DNA of 32,000 nucleotides, taken from Megasphaera elsdenii DSM 20460. Its GTDB lineage: Bacteria > Bacillota > Negativicutes > Veillonellales > Megasphaeraceae. The notes under the pieces were generated by a model. That model did not search any database. It saw only the letters and a program-made list of their open reading frames with translations, and was not told where the DNA came from. This document shows, piece by piece, positions 25,261 through 32,000 of this stretch. The stretch is from positions 1,140,001-1,172,000 of the forward strand of contig NZ_CP027570.1 of the NCBI RefSeq assembly GCF_003010495.1, written 5' to 3'. Positions within the stretch are counted from its first letter, which is position 1, and every line of letters begins with the position of its first letter. Both the position numbers and the translations under genes were made by a program.

Positions 25261-25320
25261 ATCTAAGTGTCGCAATGAATGCATTGCGTCTAAATTGCAA
25301 GACGTAAGGAGTGAGGTTTC

Positions 25321-25566
25321 GTGAGCTTGGAACTAGCTGCCAGTGTCCGCAAGACCGTGGGCGCGAAGCAAACCCTGAAAGCAATGAAACGAAACGAAGT
25401 CACACAGCTGTACATCGCCAATGATTGCGATGCACAGGTCGTAGCGCCGCTCATAGCAGAAGCCGAAGGCGCTCACATCCCCGTCGACCGCGCTTACACC
25501 ATGACCGAATTGGGCATGGCCTGCCACATCAAGGTAAAAGCTGCAGCCGTAGGCTTGTTAAAATAA
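25321..25566 (+). CDS. Ribosome-associated L7Ae-family protein (YbxF/RplGB-like)
   Basis: 81 aa. The pattern GAKQTLKAMKRNEV...ANDCD...ELGMACHIKVKAAAVGLL matches the B. subtilis YbxF pattern. It holds the same position between rpoC and rpsL. GTG start with RBS AAGGAG. Confidence 0.88.
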   Translation: MSLELAASVRKTVGAKQTLKAMKRNEVTQLYIANDCDAQVVAPLIAEAEGAHIPVDRAYTMTELGMACHIKVKAAAVGLLK

Positions 25567-25646
25567 TTTTCGGTAACATCATCTCATGAGCTCTGCTCGT
25601 TGATGATTACATTATAAATCTAATTGTTTGGAGAGGAGGTGCCCAA

Positions 25647-26018
25647 ATGCCAACAATCAGCCAATTGGTTCGTAAAGGACGTCAGGTTGCCGTAACTAAA
25701 TCGACAGCACCGGCTTTGAAAAACTGCCCGCAGAAACGCGGTGTCTGCACTCGTGTATACACAGCTACCCCGAAAAAACCTAACTCGGCTCTGCGTAAAG
25801 TTGCCCGTGTTCGCTTGACGAACTCCATCGAAGTAACTGCTTATATTCCCGGCATTGGTCACAATTTACAGGAACACAGTGTTGTATTAATCAGAGGCGG
25901 TCGTGTCAAAGACCTTCCTGGTGTACGTTATCACATCGTCCGCGGTGCCTTGGATACAGCTGGCGTAGCAGATCGTCAGCAGTCCCGTTCTAAATACGGC
26001 GCTAAGAAAGGCAAATAA
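25647..26018 (+). CDS. rpsL: 30S ribosomal protein S12
   Basis: [13 protein letters not shown]...[17 protein letters not shown]...[14 protein letters not shown]. Both streptomycin-relevant lysines are wild type. Confidence 0.99.
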   Translation: MPTISQLVRKGRQVAVTKSTAPALKNCPQKRGVCTRVYTATPKKPNSALRKVARVRLTNSIEVTAYIPGIGHNLQEHSVVLIRGGRVKDLPGVRYHIVRGALDTAGVADRQQSRSKYGAKKGK

Positions 26019-26032
26019 GATTTGCCATTTAA

Positions 26033-26545
<513 letters not shown>

Positions 26546-26584
26546 TTTACGATATTTATTATTTTTTGAGGAGTGGAAAAAACC

Positions 26585-28657
26585 GTGCCAAGAGAATTTT
26601 CTTTGGAAAAAACGAGAAATATTGGCATCATGGCTCACATCGATGCTGGTAAAACCACGACAACAGAACGTATCCTGTTCTACACCGGCCGCGTCCACAA
26701 GATCGGCGAAGTTCATGATGGCGCTGCTACCATGGACTGGATGGCTCAGGAACAGGAACGTGGTATCACGATTACATCGGCTGCTACGACGGCTCACTGG
26801 AAAGGATACCGCATCAACATCATCGATACTCCGGGGCACGTTGACTTCACCGTTGAAGTTGAACGCTCGCTGCGCGTACTCGACGGCTCTGTTGCTGTTT
26901 TCTCCGCAAAGGGCGGCGTAGAACCGCAGTCGGAAACGGTATGGCGTCAGGCTGAACATTACCATGTTCCCCGTATCGCATTCGTCAACAAGATGGATAC
27001 GACCGGTGCTGACTTCCTGAACGTTGTCGACATGATGAAAGATCGTCTTCAGGCAAATGCCGTTGCTATTCAGCTCCCAATCGGTGCTGAAGCAACCTTC
27101 CGCGGCATCATCGACCTCATTACCATGAAAGCAGAAGTCTATGACGATGCTCTCGGTAAAGAAATCGAAGTTGTCGACATCCCGGAAGACGAATTAGAAG
27201 AAGCTAAAAAATATCATGACATCATGGTTGAAGCTGTTTGCGATACCGATGAAGACCTCATGATGAAATACCTCGAAGGTGAAGAAATCACCATCGACGA
27301 ATTGAAAGCAGCCATCCGTAAAGGCGTCTGCACGAACAAATTGTTCCCGGTCCTCTGCGGTTCTGCTTACAAGAACAAAGGGATCCAGATGCTCCTCGAC
27401 GCTGTCGTCGATTACATGCCGAGCCCGTTGGATATTCCTCCGGTCAAAGGCACTAACCCCGACACAGACGAAGAAGAAACTCGTGAAGCTGATGACAATG
27501 CACCGCTTTCCGCATTGGCATTTAAGATCATGGCTGACCCCTTTGTCGGCAAACTGGCATTCTTCCGCGTTTACTCCGGCACGTTACAGGCCGGTACCTA
27601 TGTCTACAACTCGACAAAAGGTAAAAAAGAACGTGTTGGCCGTATCCTCCGGATGCACGCTAACCACCGCGAAGAAGTACAGGAAGCTTACACGGGCGAC
27701 ATCGGCGGCATCGTCGGTCTGAAAGATACGACCACAGGCGATACGCTGTGCGATGAAAAACACCCGATTATCCTCGAAAAGATGGAATTCCCGGATCCGG
27801 TTATTTCCGTAGCCGTTGAACCGAAGACCAAAGCTGACCAGGAAAAAATGGGCATCGCCCTGGCTCGTCTGGCTGAAGAAGACCCGACGTTCAAAGTCAA
27901 GACCGATGCTGAAACCGGCCAGACCATCATCTCCGGCATGGGCGAACTCCATTTGGATATCATCGTCGACCGCATGTCCCGCGAATTTAAAGTAGACTGC
28001 AACGTCGGCAAACCGCAGGTTGCTTACCGCGAAACCATCCGCAAAGATGTCAAGTCTCGTGGTTTCTTCAAGCGTCAGTCCGGCGGCCGTGGTCAGTATG
28101 GTGACTGCTGGCTCGAACTCATTCCGCAGGAACAGGGCAAAGGCTACGAATTTGAAAACAAAGTCGTTGGCGGCGCTATTCCTAAGGAATACATCGGCTC
28201 CGTTGAAGCTGGTGTCAAAGAAGCAATGGAAACAGGCGTTTTGGCAGGTTTCCCGATGGTCGATATCAAAGTCGTCGTATACGACGGTTCTTACCATGAA
28301 GTCGACTCCTCGGAAATGGCCTTCAAGATCGCTGGCTCTATGGGCTTCAAAGAAGGTGCCCGCAAGGCAGACCCGGTTCTCCTCGAACCGTACACGAAAG
28401 TCGAAGTTGTCGTTCCTGAAGAATACATGGGCGACGTCATCGGCGACCTCAACTCCCGCCGTGGTCGTGTCGAAGGTATGGAAATGCGCTCCGGTGCAGA
28501 ACATATCAACGCATTCGTACCGCTGGCAGAAATGTTTGGCTATGCAACGGATTTGCGTTCCCGTACGCAGGGCCGTGGCGTTTATACGATGACATTCGAC
28601 CACTACGAAGAAGTTCCGAAGAACGTAGCCGAAAAAGTCATCAGCGAAAAAGGCTAA
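26585..28657 (+). CDS. fusA: Elongation factor G
   Basis: [34 protein letters not shown]..., with DTPGHVDF and NKMD. The ORF is open from GTG 26573, but that codon overlaps the GAGGAG RBS (26568-26573). GTG 26585 gives the canonical MPREFSL N-terminus. Confidence 0.98.
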   Translation: MPREFSLEKTRNIGIMAHIDAGKTTTTERILFYTGRVHKIGEVHDGAATMDWMAQEQERGITITSAATTAHWKGYRINIIDTPGHVDFTVEVERSLRVLDGSVAVFSAKGGVEPQSETVWRQAEHYHVPRIAFVNKMDTTGADFLNVVDMMKDRLQANAVAIQLPIGAEATFRGIIDLITMKAEVYDDALGKEIEVVDIPEDELEEAKKYHDIMVEAVCDTDEDLMMKYLEGEEITIDELKAAIRKGVCTNKLFPVLCGSAYKNKGIQMLLDAVVDYMPSPLDIPPVKGTNPDTDEEETREADDNAPLSALAFKIMADPFVGKLAFFRVYSGTLQAGTYVYNSTKGKKERVGRILRMHANHREEVQEAYTGDIGGIVGLKDTTTGDTLCDEKHPIILEKMEFPDPVISVAVEPKTKADQEKMGIALARLAEEDPTFKVKTDAETGQTIISGMGELHLDIIVDRMSREFKVDCNVGKPQVAYRETIRKDVKSRGFFKRQSGGRGQYGDCWLELIPQEQGKGYEFENKVVGGAIPKEYIGSVEAGVKEAMETGVLAGFPMVDIKVVVYDGSYHEVDSSEMAFKIAGSMGFKEGARKADPVLLEPYTKVEVVVPEEYMGDVIGDLNSRRGRVEGMEMRSGAEHINAFVPLAEMFGYATDLRSRTQGRGVYTMTFDHYEEVPKNVAEKVISEKG

Positions 28658-28688
28658 TATAATTTAATTTACACTGGAGGAACAGCAA

Positions 28689-29882
28689 ATGGCTAAAGAA
28701 CATTACGAAAGAACCAAACCGCATGTTAACATTGGCACGATCGGTCACGTCGACCACGGCAAAACTACTTTGACAGCTGCCATCACCAAAGTTTTGGCTG
28801 AAAAAGGCTACGCTAAATTCGAAGACTATGCTGATATCGACAAGGCTCCGGAAGAACGTGAACGTGGTATTACAATCAACACGGCACACGTTGAATATGA
28901 AACAGACAAACGTCATTATGCACACGTTGACTGCCCGGGCCATGCTGACTATGTCAAGAACATGATCACCGGTGCTGCTCAGATGGACGGCGCTATCCTC
29001 GTCGTTTCCGCTGCTGACGGCCCGATGCCCCAGACTCGTGAACACATCCTCTTGGCCCGCCAGGTTGGTGTACCGGCTATCGTCGTATACCTCAACAAAG
29101 CTGACCAGGTTGACGATCCGGAACTCATCGAACTCGTTGAAATGGAAGTTCGTGATCTCCTCAGCTCCTACGATTTCCCCGGCGACGAAGTTCCTATCGT
29201 AGTTGGCTCCGCTCTCAAAGCCCTCGAAGGCGACGAAAGCGAAATCGGCAAACCGTCCATCCTCAAATTGATGGATGCTGTTGACGAATACATCCCGACT
29301 CCGCAGCGCCCGACTGACCAGCCGTTCCTCATGCCTGTCGAAGACGTCTTCACCATCACAGGCCGCGGTACTGTTGCTACAGGCCGTGTTGAACGTGGCG
29401 AACTCAAAGTTGGCGACGCAGTTGAAATCGTCGGCCTCGCTGACGAACCGAAAGATACGGTTGTTACGGGCGTTGAAATGTTCCGTAAGATCCTCGACCG
29501 CGCTGAAGCAGGCGACAACATCGGTGCTCTTCTCCGTGGTGTAGACCGTAAAGAAATCGAACGTGGCCAGGTTCTCGCTAAACCGGGTACCATTCATCCG
29601 CACACGAAATTCAAAGCTCAGGTTTACGTCTTGACGAAAGACGAAGGCGGCCGTCACACCCCGTTCTTCAACGGCTATCGTCCGCAGTTCTACTTCCGTA
29701 CGACTGACGTAACTGGCGTCATCCAGCTCCCGGAAGGCACTGAAATGTGCATGCCTGGCGATAACGTCAAAATGGATGTTGAACTCATCACTCCGATCGC
29801 TATCGAAGCAGGCCTCCGCTTCGCTATCCGCGAAGGCGGCCGTACGGTAGGCGCTGGCGTCGTTTCCGAAATCGAAGGCTAA
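28689..29882 (+). CDS. tuf: Elongation factor Tu
   Basis: [33 protein letters not shown]..., with DCPGHADY and NKAD. 397 aa. Confidence 0.99.
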   Translation: MAKEHYERTKPHVNIGTIGHVDHGKTTLTAAITKVLAEKGYAKFEDYADIDKAPEERERGITINTAHVEYETDKRHYAHVDCPGHADYVKNMITGAAQMDGAILVVSAADGPMPQTREHILLARQVGVPAIVVYLNKADQVDDPELIELVEMEVRDLLSSYDFPGDEVPIVVGSALKALEGDESEIGKPSILKLMDAVDEYIPTPQRPTDQPFLMPVEDVFTITGRGTVATGRVERGELKVGDAVEIVGLADEPKDTVVTGVEMFRKILDRAEAGDNIGALLRGVDRKEIERGQVLAKPGTIHPHTKFKAQVYVLTKDEGGRHTPFFNGYRPQFYFRTTDVTGVIQLPEGTEMCMPGDNVKMDVELITPIAIEAGLRFAIREGGRTVGAGVVSEIEG

Positions 29883-29919
29883 AATATTGTTTGATGGTTG
29901 ACTATCAACTTCAAAGTTG

Positions 29920-29956
29920 AAAAAGAGGCTGTCGCATATGCGACGGCCTCTTTTTT
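29920..29956 (+). terminator. Intrinsic terminator after tuf (conserved cassette type)
   Basis: AAAAA-GAGGCTGTCGCA-TA-TGCGACGGCCTC-TTTTTT, with one G-U pair. Confidence 0.85.
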
Positions 29957-30015
29957 GCGTGCCTTTATGCACAAGGTCACAGACCGTGAAAGATTTATCG
30001 CCTGGCTGCGATTTC

Positions 30016-30042
30016 GTAGGGGTCGCCCAAAGGGCGACCCGC
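30016..30042. repeat. Single copy of the GTAGGGG hairpin repeat
   Basis: GTAGGGGTCGCCCAAAGGGCGACCCGC has a perfect 9-bp stem GGGTCGCCC/GGGCGACCC with loop AAA. The 5' flank TTTATCGCCTGGCTGCGATTTC is shared with the copy at 14904-14926. Confidence 0.9.
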
Positions 30043-30106
30043 TTGATTCTGAGGGAATGGTCCTATGTCAAGATTTCGGACAAATTAAATTGAGGTTTTT
30101 CGTTTC

Positions 30107-31021
30107 TTAGATTCCCAGACGCATATTATGTTTCTGGAAATCAGCATACAGCTTTTCATAGTCATCCGGTGACATGTAGTTGCAATGGCTATGAATGCGT
30201 ACGGTGTTGTAAAAGGTATTGATGTATTCAAACACCAACAAGTACGCTTGCTGATAATTTTGAATCTTGAAGCGATTGAGCCATTCCCGTTTAATCAGGG
30301 AGTGGAAGGATTCGATGCAGGCATTGTCCCATGGATAGCCTTTCTTCGAATAGCTGCGGCGCATTTGGGATGTCTCCCGAATATATGCCTGCGAAACATA
30401 CTGGCAGCCACGGTCCGAATGGATAACCAACAGCTGTCCGGGTTTCCGGCATTGTTTGGCTTCCTGCAGCATCTTGACGATGCCGGCGACGTCCAGATTA
30501 CGGGCCAGATTCCAGGCGATGATTTTCCTGGAGAACAAATCCATAATGCTTTCCAAATAGACGAAACCTTCAGCTGTCCAGATATAGGTGATGTCGCTGC
30601 ACCATACTTGATCCGGTTCTTCAGGATTGAAGCATTCCTGAAGGATATTCACCAGCGCCACGTCAAAGTCACTGTTACGGGTCGTTACGGTGTAATGCTT
30701 TACCCAGCAGGCCTGAATGCCCATTTGCCGCATGTATACGCCAACTGTGCGTTCAGAGATACTGTCCCCGTTCTGCTGCATAACTTGGGCAATCTTCGGG
30801 GCTCCGTAAATCTGCTTGGAATCGTCGTAGATAGTTTGAATCTTTTTCTTCATCTCCTTGCGGTGCTGGGCCTGTTTCGATGGTTTGCGCGCCGCCCAGT
30901 CATAATATCCTGAAGAAGAAACGTCGAGTTCAGAAAGCACTCCGGACACCGAAAAACGACGTTCTGCCTGATGGGCATTTTCGGCTTCTTCCTGGACACT
31001 GCGATAGATGGCAATGGTCAT
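30107..31021 (-). CDS. IS3-family transposase OrfB (DDE integrase core)
   Basis: DDE motif context: WCSDITYIW, VIHSDRGCQYVS, PWDNACIESFHSLIKRE. 304 aa. Confidence 0.93.
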   Translation of the reverse strand: MTIAIYRSVQEEAENAHQAERRFSVSGVLSELDVSSSGYYDWAARKPSKQAQHRKEMKKKIQTIYDDSKQIYGAPKIAQVMQQNGDSISERTVGVYMRQMGIQACWVKHYTVTTRNSDFDVALVNILQECFNPEEPDQVWCSDITYIWTAEGFVYLESIMDLFSRKIIAWNLARNLDVAGIVKMLQEAKQCRKPGQLLVIHSDRGCQYVSQAYIRETSQMRRSYSKKGYPWDNACIESFHSLIKREWLNRFKIQNYQQAYLLVFEYINTFYNTVRIHSHCNYMSPDDYEKLYADFQKHNMRLGI

Positions 31022-31299
31022 TTGTCCAGAATGCTGATAGCTTTTTTTAGGACATTCAACGCATCCTTCGCATCCCGCAGTTCACGCTGCAGACGGGCGA
31101 TTTCCTTAGCTTCATCCGAAGCATAGTTGCCGGAACCACGATAAGGCATTTCGCCATTGTCCTTCAGCTGCTTTTGCCAACGGGACAAGGTTTGTGGAGC
31201 AATACCTAGATTCGTAGCACAGCCAACCAAGCCGAGTTCCCGATGTTCATGATAATATTTAACTGCGTTGATTTTGAATTCTTTGTTGAATTTTGCCAT
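31018..31299 (-). CDS. IS3-family transposase OrfA (HTH plus leucine-zipper part)
   Basis: 93 aa. KINAVKYY...GCATNLGIAPQTLSRWQKQ is an HTH segment, followed by a coiled-coil-like LQRELRDAKDALNVLKKAISIL. It overlaps orfB by ATGA. RBS AAGGAGG. Confidence 0.92.
   Translation of the reverse strand: MAKFNKEFKINAVKYYHEHRELGLVGCATNLGIAPQTLSRWQKQLKDNGEMPYRGSGNYASDEAKEIARLQRELRDAKDALNVLKKAISILDK
31042..31048 (-). promoter_or_regulatory. Programmed -1 ribosomal frameshift site (A AAA AAA) for the OrfAB fusion transposase
   Basis: The minus strand reads CUA AAA AAA GCU in the orfA frame. A -1 slip gives AAA AAA AGC UAU CAG CAU UCU GGA CAA AUG ACC, which is the orfB frame. Confidence 0.75.
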
Positions 31300-31365
31300 A
31301 CTGAGGCCTCCTTAGTTAATCCTATTGTACCACCATTAGGAACCTCAGTTTGACTTGTCCTATTT

Positions 31366-31591
31366 ATATGCTAACACCAGAATCACGGTTACAGTGACGT
31401 GGAGCACCAAAGCCTCGCCTCATAGGAGAGGTGGCCCGAAGGGCCGGAGAGGTTGACCTCTCAGTCAGCTGCGCTGACAGCTCTCCTAACAGGAGAGCCG
31501 GGCCGCCCTCTGGGACGGCCCCTACGCACGAATCACAGCCTGCGGCCTGCGAACTGCGGGCGCCATGTGAAGCAGCTGCAAGCTGCTTCAC
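31366..31591. repeat. Composite repeat element abutting the IS
   Basis: It contains triloop hairpins (GGCCCGAAGGGCC at 31432-31444 and GTCAGCTGCGCTGAC at 31464-31478). The 52-nt core at 31456-31507 matches the reverse complement of 25024-25076 with 2 mismatches. An inverted GTAGGGG repeat lies at 31499-31525. A perfect 11-bp hairpin GTGAAGCAGCT-GCA-AGCTGCTTCAC lies at 31567-31591. Confidence 0.85.
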
Positions 31592-31663
31592 TTTATCATG
31601 ATGTAACGACATGGGTCCCATGTGAAATCTGTTCGATTATTTCTCAAAAACCTTGAAAAATCC

Positions 31664-31692
31664 TTGCATCATGCGGTTTTTTGTAGTAAACT
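31664..31692 (+). promoter_or_regulatory. Candidate promoter of the S10 (rpsJ) operon
   Basis: TTGCAT (31664-31669), 17-nt spacer, TAAACT (31687-31692). A leader of about 130 nt follows. Confidence 0.5.
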
Positions 31693-31824
31693 AAGTAAGT
31701 ACGCGACAACAGGGAAATACGCCCTGAAACGCGCTAAACTATGATATAAGATGTTGCCCGCCTTGCGGGGAAACTCTTATGGAGCAGTCTATTCAAGGAA
31801 ATAGACGTTAGGAGGAATTAAGTA

Positions 31825-32000
31825 ATGGCAAAACAGGAAAGAATTCGTATTCGCCTCAAAGCTTACGATCACAAAACGCTTGATCAGAGCGCGGCGAAAA
31901 TCGTCGACACGGCGAAACGTACCGGTGCTATGGTATCCGGACCGATTCCGCTTCCGACAGAAAAGAACATCTTCACGATTCTTCGTTCTCCCCATGTCAA
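31825..32000 (+). CDS. rpsJ: 30S ribosomal protein S10, N-terminal part (continues beyond the window)
   Basis: ATG 31825 follows the AGGAGG RBS at 31810-31815. The translation is [58 protein letters not shown]. It is absent from the ORF track because no stop lies in the window. Confidence 0.97.
   Translation, partial: MAKQERIRIRLKAYDHKTLDQSAAKIVDTAKRTGAMVSGPIPLPTEKNIFTILRSPHV

Larger units (their letters stand above)
30077..31361 (-). mobile_element. IS3-family insertion sequence (~1285 bp), apparently intact
   Basis: The element carries orfA and orfB with an A7 frameshift site. Imperfect terminal inverted repeats are CGGACAAATTAAATTGAGGTT (30077-30097) and the reverse complement of 31341-31361, AGGACAAGTCAAACTGAGGTT (17/21 identical). 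Direct repeat ATTT flanks it at 30073-30076 and 31362-31365. The ends were inferred by eye and may be off by a few bases. Confidence 0.8.

Noticed and set aside
25271-25288. The hairpin CGCAATG-AATG-CATTGCG in the 5' UTR of the L7Ae-like gene, considered as a possible K-turn autoregulatory site.
   Set aside because: It is a simple perfect stem-loop without the tandem G-A pairs and 3-nt bulge that define a K-turn. There is no support for the idea from sequence alone.

Overview
This window is mostly conserved core chromosome of a Firmicutes-type anaerobe. The evidence is an L7Ae-like ybxF gene between rpoC and rpsL, a class III FBPase, a CIRCE operator, a flavodiiron protein and an [FeFe]-hydrogenase-like gene. 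My guess of a Negativicutes/Veillonellaceae-like organism is unverified. Gene order: MFS transporter 3' end; CIRCE-controlled tandem hsp20 pair; tRNA-Gly(CCC); bicupin, flavodiiron protein and [FeFe]-hydrogenase-like gene; family-4 UDG; a C-N hydrolase/AEC transporter/M20 amidohydrolase operon; gdhA; fbp (class III); nhaA; tyrS; rpoB-rpoC; L7Ae-like gene, rpsL, rpsG, fusA, tuf; an apparently intact IS3-family element; start of rpsJ. I see no convincing novel multi-gene system: no defence, toxin, secretion or phage-like cluster and no CRISPR. The unusual content is non-coding. Nearly every intergenic gap is built from a small set of recurring modules. These are a GC-rich hairpin repeat (GTAGGGGCCGTCCCAAAGGGCGGCCCGC, at least 14 copies, often in tandem arrays), degenerate 7-bp tandem arrays that mostly carry stop codons, a near-identical terminator cassette, and larger palindromic composites sharing a 52-nt core. 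Other points worth checking are a tandem triplication of a ~50-aa module in RpoC, a promoter-terminator unit of ~100 nt between tyrS and rpoB, CIRCE on hsp20 genes, a compact hydrogenase-like protein with a TSCCCP motif next to an O2-detoxifying flavodiiron protein, and the IS3 insertion between tuf and rpsJ. All homology calls come from reading motifs in the translations; no database search was possible.
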